Positions 1-12,612 of a stretch of DNA of 64,000 nt are shown here, one piece after another. Position 1 is the stretch's first letter. Every line of letters starts with the position of its first letter. This DNA comes from Piromyces finnis finn (taxonomy: Eukaryota > Fungi > Neocallimastigomycota): NCBI GenBank assembly GCA_002104945.1, contig MCFH01000043.1, positions 310,001-374,000 of the forward strand. Direction: 5' to 3'. The position numbers and the translations under genes are program-made. The notes below the pieces were generated by a model. The model was given only the letters and a program-made list of their open reading frames with translations, was not told the DNA's origin and ran no database searches.

Positions 1-854
1 TTTTAAATTTGTTTATTTTTTATTGTTTTATATTCTTTATTATATGAATATGACACACTTTATACACTTTCGAATAACAGAATTAGAGTTTAAAATATAT
101 ATTTATCCTTTATGGTGATAAATAATATATAACAATAATTTAATAAAATATATAGTATTAAATATTAATTGTTGATGTTGTTTTTTGATATTGTTATTAT
201 TACTTTTTTTTTATGGTATATAAATTGAGTTAAATGAGAATTTGGTATTTTTGGTATTTTATTCTCATCATAGGATAAAATAATTTTTATTTTCAAATAA
301 AATGGTTTAAAATACTTTGACTAATAGAAAAAGGTTGGTTAGTATTTCTTTTATTTTAAAATCATAAACTAAAAAATAAGATAATATATATATGAAATAA
401 AAAATATAATTTAAATAATAATATTAATAATAGTAATAATAAAAAAGAAAAAAGATGGTTTATACGTTATGTGATAAAGATAATTTTATTTTATTTTATT
501 TTAAAATTTGAAAATATATTTATATATATGATAAATCTCTTTTGAATATTTAATAATAAGATATTTGAATAGATGGTATTATTTCTAACCGATATCTAAT
601 GTTTTTATAAATTTAAAAAAAATATTTATTTTTTTTGTTTTATTCACTTGATTGTTTATTTATATATATTTTTTAAAACTGAATATTTTTAACGATGATA
701 ATAAATTAATAAATTAATAGTGACTTTTACATTTTCTTTTAAAGGGTAACTTATTGAAATAATAAATATAGACATTAGTGTTTAATAATTTTCTTTATTT
801 TTTTTTTTAAATAAATAAACTGGTCTTCTGGGTGTTTTTTTTTTTTTTTTTTTT

Positions 855-3749
855 TTACATATACATTCGTGAATGATGACCAGAATTTTGAACATAAGCA
901 CGATTTAAGTTTTCATAACTGGAAGAGTGATGAGGATGGGCATAAACATGTGGAGTATGAGTATGATTCATTCCATAAACATTTGGTGGAACAGGAGCCG
1001 CACCAGATTGATAATAACCAGCAGGATGAACACCATTGGCATAATTCATCATTACCTCTGGATATTCCTGATTGAGCATACCTGGAGTGTAGGATCTTCT
1101 TTTAGATTTCTTAGATGTAGCCGGTGAAGGCATTGGAATCACTTCAACTGGACCCATACCACCCATACTATAAAAGCTTGGGGATGGTGAACCTAGTATT
1201 TGAGAATGACGATGTTGTTCATGTAGGTGTCTCATAGAAGCATCTTTACTATTTTTCATTACTAAACTATGACGTTTTTTATTGTCATTGGAAGGTGGAG
1301 TAACTTGTAATCGAATAGGATTCTTACCATTATTTTTACTAATCATATGAAGTGGAATATCATCATCATCATCATCAACAACAGCACTTGATTCACTACT
1401 ACGATCTGTACTAGTATTGCTTCCATTAGGATGTCCACGAGCTTGAGTTGATGAGGAAGAATGTTCATCAATGGAATATGTTTGCTTAATATTATCATAG
1501 CTTTTAGATTTTTTATCGATATTAAGATAGGTGACAGGCATTACTTTTAAATGTGAATTACTTACACGACGGCTTTTTCCTTTATTGTCTTTTACTGGAC
1601 ACATTGTTGCCTTGGATTCTTGTGCCCAACGTTCAACACGTTCTGCACGTTGACGATTCAGTTCCTTTTTGATAGCATCTTCCCTTTCTTCTCCTTTTTC
1701 ATCCTTTTTAGTACGATGATTAACAGAGTTATGGGTGGTATAGGCATTTGCATTAATGATGGTACCATAAGGTAAATTAATCAATGCTGGATTTGGAAGG
1801 TTCATGTAGGCATTTGGATTCATATTATTTACATTAGCATGATTATTGATTTGGCTTGGACCTGAAAAATTACGGTTCAAGAGTTTATTCATTGGTATAT
1901 TAATTAAAGGACCATGACCAGTTCTTGGTAATTGTGGATAAGAGGAGGAGCGTCGGTTGGCAAGAGATTGTAGATTACCTAAAATATCACTATTTACATT
2001 ACACCAAGATTGTCTCTTGACAGCAGCCGTTTCTAAACTTTGTTTAGCTTTTATAATTCGACTAGATTTACTTGGAACACCAGCAGTTCCTTTAGGTTGA
2101 CCTGTGGTTTCTAATATTGGTGGTGTATTTTTAACTTGAGCTGAATGTGGCATGTTTGTTATTTCTTGAGAGTTAAAACTAACCAATTTTTTGGTATTAT
2201 TCATAGATTTTATTTTTTCAGAGATAGGATTTTGATTTTGAGAATGATGATTCTTACCCAAGAAGGAATAAGCTTGTTGGATTTGTTCATAAGGTACTTG
2301 ATGACCTTGTATATTCACAACTAATTTTGTGCTATCTGCTTGAGAAGGTGGTGGAGGAACCCAGAAAGAGGTATTTGGGTCGACTGGAACGCTAGGAGTA
2401 ATAGAAAAATCAAAAGAAGGAGGAAGTGAAGGTGTTGAAATTCCTTGGCTATTGATAGCTGGAGATGTAATATTCTGTTCTGGAGATGGTATATAGAAAG
2501 AACCGTTAGGATCAATATTACAAATACCTGATTCAATAGGGCCAGATATATCATTTGATGCTTGTTGAACTGGTAAACCAGAAGATAAACTCCAAAAAGA
2601 ACTATTCAAATCTGCAGCAGGTGGCATAGAAAGCATTGAGATGGAAGAAAAACGTTTATTTTGTTGATTGAATTGACCTACATCTTCAGGTTCAACACCA
2701 AGTGTAGGGTTTTCAGTTAAAATGACTGGTTCTTCTGATTTTTTTTCTTCAAAAGCTTCAGTTTCTTTTGGTTTTTTGGTTTTTTTATCTTTTTTACTCT
2801 TTTTTCCTTTTTTGTATTTTTTCTTTTTACTTACGATTTCTTCTTTTTCTTCTTCACTAACATTAGAATCGGTATCTTCATGAGATTTTTCTTCTTCATT
2901 CATTTTACTATTTATTTCATTTTCACTTTCATCTTTTAGTATGAAGCCATTTTTCATGGGATAAATGATTTCTTTATCAATATCACTATCATCCTCCTCG
3001 TCATCTTCATCGTCATTACGTTTTATAAAGATATGACTAAAATCATGATTATCAATACTTTCATCTTCTTCTTCTTCACTATCTGAATCACTAGTTGTTA
3101 GGTCTTCGCTGTCTTCTGTTTCAGATTCACTACTAGTATTTTCTTCCCATTTTTTAATCTTCTTTTTTTCCTTCATAGCATGCCTTTGCATTTTTTGATT
3201 TTCCAAGTTAAGTTCTTCCTGACTATTTTTCTTTGAAGATTGTGGAGTTGGTAAAGCTGGATTTGATAAAATGGCTAACTTTGGAGTATTTTTTGCTTGA
3301 CCCTTTTTTAACTTTTTTAATAATTTTTTATTTTCAGGTGTAAGTATGATAGGTTGACCCAAAATAGCAACACCACTAAAATTACTAGCAATACTTCCTC
3401 TACTATTTCTACTATTTTCAGAGGATTTTGATACTGTATAGGAAGAAATAGTTGAAACAGAAGCTGGACTTTCCATGACACCTTGATTCATATTCTTATT
3501 ATGAGTAAGTTGAAATGATGTAGGTGAATGAATTTTTTCATTACTATTCACTCTTTGTAATTTTTTTAGTTCTTCACAAGACATTGCACTAGCTATTGAT
3601 TGTTGATATATAATTCCTTGAGATTGAATTGGAGTTGCTTGATTTGAATGAACAGAATTAGTAATGGTGTTATCAGAATTGGTATCATTGCTAAGATCTA
3701 TTGATTTTTCTGGAAGCCCAATTTCATTATTAAATGCTAATGTTTCCAT
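855..3749 (-). CDS. 964-aa low-complexity, probably intrinsically disordered protein of unknown function (Ser/Asn-rich, acidic and Lys-rich tracts)
   Basis: Single uninterrupted 2.9-kb ORF with coding-like GC in very AT-rich surroundings. It has acidic tracts (SESETEDSED..., DDEDDEEDD), a Lys tract (KKKKYKKGKKSKKDKKTKK) and many R-R/K-x-S sites. I recognise no folded domain. Confidence 0.85.
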   Translation of the reverse strand: METLAFNNEIGLPEKSIDLSNDTNSDNTITNSVHSNQATPIQSQGIIYQQSIASAMSCEELKKLQRVNSNEKIHSPTSFQLTHNKNMNQGVMESPASVSTISSYTVSKSSENSRNSRGSIASNFSGVAILGQPIILTPENKKLLKKLKKGQAKNTPKLAILSNPALPTPQSSKKNSQEELNLENQKMQRHAMKEKKKIKKWEENTSSESETEDSEDLTTSDSDSEEEEDESIDNHDFSHIFIKRNDDEDDEEDDSDIDKEIIYPMKNGFILKDESENEINSKMNEEEKSHEDTDSNVSEEEKEEIVSKKKKYKKGKKSKKDKKTKKPKETEAFEEKKSEEPVILTENPTLGVEPEDVGQFNQQNKRFSSISMLSMPPAADLNSSFWSLSSGLPVQQASNDISGPIESGICNIDPNGSFYIPSPEQNITSPAINSQGISTPSLPPSFDFSITPSVPVDPNTSFWVPPPPSQADSTKLVVNIQGHQVPYEQIQQAYSFLGKNHHSQNQNPISEKIKSMNNTKKLVSFNSQEITNMPHSAQVKNTPPILETTGQPKGTAGVPSKSSRIIKAKQSLETAAVKRQSWCNVNSDILGNLQSLANRRSSSYPQLPRTGHGPLINIPMNKLLNRNFSGPSQINNHANVNNMNPNAYMNLPNPALINLPYGTIINANAYTTHNSVNHRTKKDEKGEEREDAIKKELNRQRAERVERWAQESKATMCPVKDNKGKSRRVSNSHLKVMPVTYLNIDKKSKSYDNIKQTYSIDEHSSSSTQARGHPNGSNTSTDRSSESSAVVDDDDDDIPLHMISKNNGKNPIRLQVTPPSNDNKKRHSLVMKNSKDASMRHLHEQHRHSQILGSPSPSFYSMGGMGPVEVIPMPSPATSKKSKRRSYTPGMLNQEYPEVMMNYANGVHPAGYYQSGAAPVPPNVYGMNHTHTPHVYAHPHHSSSYENLNRAYVQNSGHHSRMYM

Positions 3750-3848
3750 CTATTTTCATTTTCGAAAAATACATATATATATAATGTATCATTTTTAATT
3801 TTTGTTTTCTTTATTATTATTATTATTATTATTTTTTTTTTTACTTAC
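3750..3848 (-). other. Probable 5'-UTR intron ending immediately before the ATG of the 964-aa gene
   Basis: On the minus strand, AG|GTAAGTAA at 3848 is a strong donor and AAAATAG|ATG at 3750 is the acceptor, giving 99 nt. The upstream exon has an in-frame TAA and no nearby ATG, so it is non-coding. Confidence 0.55.
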
Positions 3849-6800
3849 CTTTTTTTTTTAATTATTATTATTATTTTCTTTTATTTTGTATTATTATATG
3901 ATAAAAATGGTGAATACTATTATTATTATTTATAAAAAATATATCTTTTTTTTTTTTTTAATATTAATCACCAAACTTTTATTTTATTTAATAATAAGAG
4001 TAGTGATAAAATATAAAATATATCCAACGGTTTAAATTTTTACTGTTTTTCTTTTTTTAAAAAAAATAAATTTTTCATAATAAATGATTCTTATTTATGA
4101 ATTCTTTTTTTATAATATTAATAAATTTATAATATAAATTGATTGTTATATGTATAATTTCCTTTCTTTTCTAAGAAATATTATTTATATGTTGGTATTA
4201 AATAAGATTGAATAGATAAAAATTAAAATGTATATTCTAAATTAATTACAAAACTTTCAATTAAATTATTACTGAAAATTTTGTTTTAAATAAAAATCAA
4301 AGAATAAATAATTGATTAGGTATTGCAATATATTAATATATTCTATATATATACTTTATATGTATTCCTTATAAAAAATTTGGTTAAAATGGATTGAATA
4401 AAAATCCTTATTTGAAGATTAAGTTGAATATGTATATATAATATTTATGTTATTTATGCTATTTTTACATATTATAATCAGTAAATGTATGTATGTGTTA
4501 TAATATATTTAATGTAATTATTATTTTTTGTTTTTATATGTTAATCCTTTTTTTTTTTATTATTATTATTATTTTAATAACAATTTACTAAAATTAAATA
4601 AAATTTTTTTATTTTTTAAAAAAAAAATAATTATCTTTTTAAAATTTTATGATATAAATATTACAAATATGTACTTTAAGTCTTCACTTTTTGATATTTA
4701 ATAACTAGTTTGGTATTTTATTTTAAAAAAAATGTTATGATATATAATTTTTTTATTTTTAAAATAAAAAAAAAATAAAAATTAAAATTCTACTTTTTTT
4801 ATCATTTCTCTCTTTTTTCTTAAAAAAAAAAATAATATTTTAATTGCGTTATTTTTATTATTCCTTAAAAAAAATAATAAATTAGCAATAAATTATTTCT
4901 TTCTTTTTTTTTATTTTTACTTCATTTCTTTCTTTTTTTTTTTTTTTTAATTATATTGTAATTATAAAAAAAATATTAATAATACTAATAATAATATAAA
5001 ATACAATATATAAATTAAAAAAAAATAAAATTTTTCTTAAAATAAAAAATGGTTAAAAAGTGAAAAAAAAAAAAAAAAAGGAAACTTTTTTCTATTTTAA
5101 TATATATTTATATAAAAATTTTTTATTACATTTTTTATATTTAAAAAAAAAAATGATGAAATCTTATTATTAATAAATAAAATTATTAATAATTAAATAA
5201 CAATAAAAAAAGAAATGGATGGTATTTATTAAAAAAATAAGGAATAAATTTTAAAATTTAATATATTTAAATAGTATTGAAATAATATAAAAATTATATT
5301 GTTTCGTAGATTAAAATTTATTTAATTATTATGTATTTGTTTATTCATTTATTTAATACTATTATTTTTTAATTTTCATTTAATTATAAATTATTTCTTG
5401 ATGTTTCAGAATACGAATAAAAAATGAATTGAATCCTATTTTATTATAATATATTATATTATATATTAAATTAAGTTCATCATATATATTAAAATACATT
5501 TCAAAATATTATCTTATTTAATTATTGGAAGATGATTAATTAATAAATCTTATTTCTATTAAGAATAAAAACATCTAATATTAAAAATTAATATATTTTA
5601 TATTTAATAAGAATATATTGTAATATATATAATAATATAATTAATATTTTTTCAATTTTAAAAAAAAAGCCAAGGAAAAATATGCAAGAAAGTAAGCACT
5701 AAAGCAAGCATCATTAAATAAAGGAAAATAGGAAATTGGAAGTAATAATATATAAATATATAATATTAAATAATAGTATATGAACATGAATGTGTATTGG
5801 GTAATGTGGTAGTATTAATATTAGCAGCAGTAGTAGTAGTCATTACTAGGTTTCATTATTATTTAATATTATAATAATGAAACATAGTAATCTAGTAATA
5901 AAATATTAATTATCATTATTTAATGATAACCCTTAATATCTGAAAAAGAGAATTAATTAATAATGGTACAACGGAAATAGAATACACATCTTTTATCCAC
6001 CTTATTTACTCTTGTTTTTTTTATAATTAAAAATAAATATTTAAAAAGTTAAAAGGCAAAAAAAATGAGATATTTCCAATTAAACAATAACAAAATAATA
6101 AACCTTTTCTTATTATTTTTTTCATCTTTTCATTATTGCACCTTTATAAACCACTTTCATCATCATCTTAGGATGAATATGCTTTAATGAAATTGGCTTT
6201 AAAGATGATTGGTGATGTTAAATTTCATATAACAAATCCTTTTAATATTCAAAGATCTTCTTCTAAAATATTATTTGTTTTTATTTTATGGTGATGGGTC
6301 TATTGGTGATGTATTATAAATATATTATTCATAGGATTATACCACAAATTTATAAATAGAATTGGTATTAACCTATATTATTATTTTCTTATTTGTGAGA
6401 ATTATGAGAATTATAGTAATTAAGTAGGCTGATACTATCAACAAACCTTTATTATTCATTTCATAACAGCCATATGATCTACTCTACAAATTTATAAATA
6501 GAGCTAATAAACATTTACTTTTTTATTAGTTCTATTTATATTTCATTTCTTTATTTCTTTACTAAAGTTTTCTTTCTTTCACTCATTCCTTTATCTCCTT
6601 TTTTTTGTTGATCATTGGTTTAATATAAATTTTTCAATTTACCAAAAGATATATCATATATTACATTATATTACAATATTAAAAGAATAAATCAATAATA
6701 AAAAGGTTAATAAAATAGGGTAATTTTATTAAAAAAAAAAGTAGACTTGAGGCATGTTATAAACGATCACAATGTTTATCATAAAATGAACACACACGCA

Positions 6801-9800
6801 CAAAACGTCTAAAAGACAAACTTTCCTTTTTTCTTTGTTATTAAAAATTAAAAAAAAAAACTTTTTTTTTCATTAATATAATAAATTAATATTTTTTTAA
6901 TTTTCTCAGGTTTTTTCTGGTAAAATTTTTCCAATTTTCTGGTAAAAAAATGATTTAATATATCAATATATTATTGATATATTATAAATAATATTGTATG
7001 TTTATTAAATGAATTAAGTTATATAAAATAATATAATTATTTTATATATAAAACAATTAATATTAAATGTAATATCATATATAATAATATATGAAATATT
7101 AATTAATATTTAATTTTTAATTAAAATAAGCACATTTTTAAAATTTGATAAAATTTAAATTGATAAAATTAAAATTAATCTACGGATTTAAATAGAAACA
7201 TAGTTTTATATATTTGTTTATAATCTAATATATAGAATTTTTATATAGAATTAATATTTTTCAAATTAAAAAGAAAATTGAAAGAGGAGGAAATGAACCA
7301 GGAGTGAAGGGAAGAATAACAACATAACAACATAATAATAATAATAATAATAGATGTGTAATAATAATGTAATAATGTTGAGATAAAGGAATAAAAGAAT
7401 TATAATATAGCTATTATATAATAAATTATTTCTTATTAGACGTTTTATGATATTATATATATAAATTTAGGGAAAGAAATTATTAAAAAGTATTTAAAAA
7501 TAATGAATAATTCCAAATAGTATAACAATAGACAAAAATAGTATAATTAATATTTTTATTTTTATAATTTAAGAAATATTCATTTAAAGATTAAGTTATT
7601 AAAATTTAAATATTTAAATCTATATATAAATATGGAAAAGTTTGAAAAAGAAATGTTATATGAATTGATTAAATAAATTATATAATCTTTAATAACCCTC
7701 TTTCTCAATACATAAAATATTAAAAATGGAAACATAATTTAATAAACAAAAATAAAAACACTATAGTTATTATATTTATTTAAAAAATAATATAATAATG
7801 TAACTATATATCTAAATATATAATGTTGCTATTTTTATAGATGTGTGTATATGTATTAAATTGTAACTTTTTTTTTTTTTAAAAAAAAAAAGTTGTTTAT
7901 AAACAACATTAGCAACAATAAATACCTATTAAGATTAATCTATTCTTTTTTCTTTTTAAAAAAAAAAGAATACTAGTAATAAAACTAAATAATAGGTTTT
8001 TTTAAAATGCTAATTAATAATAAACTTTCTAATTGCCAATAAAAACTAGAAATTATTAGAAAATATATAAAAGAATTGAATATAATAGTTTTTATTTTTT
8101 TTCATTATTTGAAATTTAACAAATACTAAAATTAGATACTGCATGAAAATGGTTTTAATTTATATTTATATTAAACCTTGATAATCTACGAATATGCAGT
8201 CTTTTTATTTTAATATAATTTTTAAATAAGAAAGCTTTTTAAAAGTATAAGATTTTTACAAAATTAGATAATCATAATAATATTAATAACTCTATAATAA
8301 ATTTGTAATTAGAATAACTATTATACATCTTTTTCTTTTTTTACTCTTCCTTCATGAATACATTCTCTTCTTTTTTTTTTTTTTTTTTTTTGTAAAAATA
8401 ATAAACGTTTTAAACTATAGTCGTTTATTTTTTTTTTTTTTTTTTTTTGATTCTTAATTAAATATAAAATAAATGAATTTTTATTTTTAATTATTTTTTT
8501 TTAATTTAGGAATTTAAATTAATAAATATATAAAATGATTGGTATATATATTACAATACATTACAATAAATGGAATTGTATATATATTAAATTAAAAAAT
8601 GTTTTTTTATAAAATATTTCTCCATATTTTAAATAATAATAAAAGGTTTAGTTAAGTAAGCAAAAACGGTGTGTATGTGTACTTTTTTTCAAATAATTAT
8701 ATATATATATTTTAAAAGTATTTTAGTTTTATTACCTTAATTAGTATGTTACTTTAATAAATTTTTAAAAATACCTTGCCTCAATTTTATACATATTTTA
8801 TTTTTATACTACTAATTTTTAAAGAAAAAAAAAGAGGATTTTTTGGAATACTATAATTTCATGATATGATTCTACTAAATATATATATATATTTTAAAAA
8901 GTTTGAAATGACAATATATATATTGAAAGATGATGAAGTCAAAGTTATTAGTAGTGTCATTAATAAATGAATAGTATGATATAATTTAAGAGACAAAAAA
9001 AAAGATATCATGAATAAGCAGCAACATAAAAAAAAATATTATTCATATTTTATATTTTTATAAATATTAAAATTAAAAATAAAATATAAACACAAAAACT
9101 AAAAAAAAAAAAATAAACGAAATTTTATATTAAAATGAATAGCTTAATTTTATCCTCATAAATGAAGATGTCAATATTTTCCAATAATAACAATCAAAAA
9201 GTGACAATAATAGAAATTTTTAAACTATTATTTCTTAAATAGCAACAGCTATATAAAAGTATTATTACATTATTTATTTTAGATGGTGAGTTTATATATA
9301 TACCAAAGGAATGTATTGATAATATAATGTTTTATATATATATTTTCAAAAAATATGAATTAAAATAGAATTTAATATACATAATATACATAATACCTTG
9401 ATTGTACAATAAATGAAAAAAAGAGAATTTATAAAAATTAATTTTCTAATGTTTTTGTAAAAGAATCTTTTATATTATACCATTTTTTATTATCCCATAT
9501 AAATAATATAATAATCAGCTTTTATTTAAAAAAGAAGGGAAAGATGCTAATGTTCATTTTATAGTGTATTTAGAAAATGTAACTGTACTAAAGATATCAC
9601 TTTTTTTCCCTTGCTTAAAAAAATATTTTTATTGAAATGTTTATATATATATATTAATATATTAATAGTTAAATGAAGTATATGATAAATGTATTATAAT
9701 TATAATGTTATATATATTATAATATAGTAATATAATACATTAAATTTTTTCAATATCAAATATATATTTTTATTTAATTAGGAAATTTTACCTACTTTTT

Positions 9801-12612
9801 TTTTAAAAAAAAAAATGAATAGTACTTAAGGAGGGTCAAAGTTTTAAAGTTTAAACTATGTATGCATTTATATCCATAAAAATATACATTATAGATTACA
9901 AAAGTCAATAGAATACCTTTTTTTTTAATATAATAAATTAAAAAAATAAACTAATATTTTTTCCCAAGTGATTTTAATTAGTCTAGTTTGAGACATGGAC
10001 TGACATGAACTATTTTTATACCTTTTACTATTCTTCTCTCTGATATCTCAGTAATAAATGACTTTTGTTATTTTTAAAAACTATTTTGAAAAATATGTCT
10101 ATATACCTTACCATTTTTTTATACTATTTAAAAAAAAAAAAAAAAAGCACCTATAAATATGATATATATCATTATTAATTAATTATTTATATATATATTT
10201 AAATTGTATTGTCCTTAGAAAAACAAATAAAGCAGAATGATATTATTTAGGTAATTAACTATCTTTTTGTTGGATTGAAATCCTCTTTATTCATTTATTA
10301 TTCCAATATTAATATTAATGATATTGGAATATTGAATAGATTTTTTTTTATTTCAAGTTATATAGTGAGAGTCATTTTATCATTAAATATTAAGATTTTC
10401 ATTTTCATTTTTCATTATTTATTATAGTTTTCTATGTTTAACATTAATACAAGAAATTTTAATTAAATAACCTAAATTATTATTTTTTTTAAAAAAAATA
10501 ATTGTATGACTTTGACTATTGTAGATTTTAAATATATAATATTTATCTTTTAAAAAATGATTAAATATACACAATAACAATTCATTGGCATTGGAAAATT
10601 GTAAATGCTTTTCTTTTAGTGAAAAGAATAAAAATATAACAACCTTTATAAATAATATTAATAATAGTAATTATATTAAATATTGAAATATTAGATATTA
10701 ACTTTCACTGTCATCAGTAATAATAAATAAAAAGAAAAATAAAATAAATATAATTTTAATAACAATATTACATTCATTATTATAAAAACAATAGTTAATT
10801 AAATAATTAATTAATAATTATATCTAAACTTTATTTAAATATATATGTATATTTAATGTTATAGGGATTAATAATACTATTTTCTATTATTTTCTATTCA
10901 TTTATATTTTATATATTTTTTTTCTTTAAAAAAAAAACATCTTTTGTCATTATTATACTTTCAAAAAAAAATAAAATATAGAAAAAGAATAAATAAATTG
11001 AAAAATAAATGAAATTGGATGGCGTTTTTTATTTTTATTATTATTATCTTTAAAAAAAAAGTATTTAAAAACTTTAAAGTTTAAAAATAATATTACTTAA
11101 AATGGAAATAAACAATCAAAATATTATTAATTTAATAAAATTAAAATTTCTTTGTTTTTTTTTCTCTAATTGATATATTTATTTAGTTTTAAAGGAAAAA
11201 GATATTGAGATATTAAAAGGAACAAAAAAAAAAAAAAAAAAAAACAACTAACAACAAAAAAATTAATTCATTTAATAAAAAAACATTAAGTTTATTGGAA
11301 TTTTGAATAAATTTTTGATCTTATCATTTTAAGAAGAAAAAAATTTTTTATTATTTGATGGATGATCCACCAAAGGTTAGAGTTTTTAATGTTTATTAAA
11401 TGGTCGCAACTATTGGTCGAAAATTTTTATTATAATCTAAAAAAAAAAAAAGTAAAAAATACAATCAATAAAAAAAGATATTTTGTTATAAAGTTTTTTA
11501 TTTTTATTACTTTTTTTAATTATTGAATAGATATATTTTTAAATATATTAAATATATATTACTAAATTAACTAATGTCTCGATAGTTTTCATAATGTTTT
11601 TTTTTTTTTAATATAAAATAAAGAAATTCTATTCATTAAATTTCTAATTAAATTGATACATCATGATAAAAAAAAAAAAAGGTTTAAATTTGTAACATAA
11701 AAAAAAAAAAAAATAATTGAAATTCCACCTATTAAATTTCTAGTTTAATTTGATCTTTTGATAATATAGATATTTTCAAAAAAAAAAAAAAAGTTATCAA
11801 GAGTATTATCATCAAAAAAAAAAATAAACTTTGATTATTTTACTAATAAGGCAAAAAAAAAATAAAATAAAAAATAAAAAAATAAAATAAAAACTTTTAA
11901 ATACAATAAAAATAAAAAAAAAAATACAATAATAAATTGCTCTTTATATTATAAATATATATATTAGGTATATTAATTAGTAAATACTATTTAATTAATG
12001 ATGCTTATAAAAACTTATCATAATTATTTTATTTTTTTGTTTGTTTTATATAAATTATGTGTATAAATAACTAATAAATATTTTAATAGTTTGATTTCAT
12101 TTAAATATGAAATAATGTTTTTATCTTTTGAAAAAAAAAATGGAAACAAAATTAAAAACACAAGGTATAAACAATAAATTAAAATATATATATATATATA
12201 CTATAACGTTTAATAATACTTTTTAATTTTCATGCATCTAATATTTATATTAATTTTTTTTAATTAATATAAATATATAAAAAGATGTATTTATTTATAA
12301 TTTTTTTTTATTTTTTTTTTATTTATGTGCAAAAATAAGGATATAAAAAGTGTGTCAATAACTTTAAAATACTTTTTTTTTCTTTTACGTTATTTTGTTG
12401 TATCTTTATACACTTGAATATCTATTTATAATTTTTTTTTTTTACTTCTATTTTATATACGTTTAACTAAATCTTATATGGAGTTTATGAAATATAGCTT
12501 TAATAATGTTGATAATTGTTATGCTATTTGGAAATTAAAAGAATGAAAAAAAAAAGTTTTCTTTTTTCTTCATTATCTCCTTTTTTAAATTTTATTTTTC
12601 CTTTTTTTCTTT

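Noticed and set aside
869-2554. Short ORFs 869..1075, 927..1127 and 2321..2554
   Set aside because: They are antisense or alternate-frame shadows of the 964-aa gene.
6344-6502. 17-nt direct repeat ACAAATTTATAAATAGA at 6344 and 6486
   Set aside because: It is almost all A/T and plausibly chance at this composition, with no element structure between the copies.
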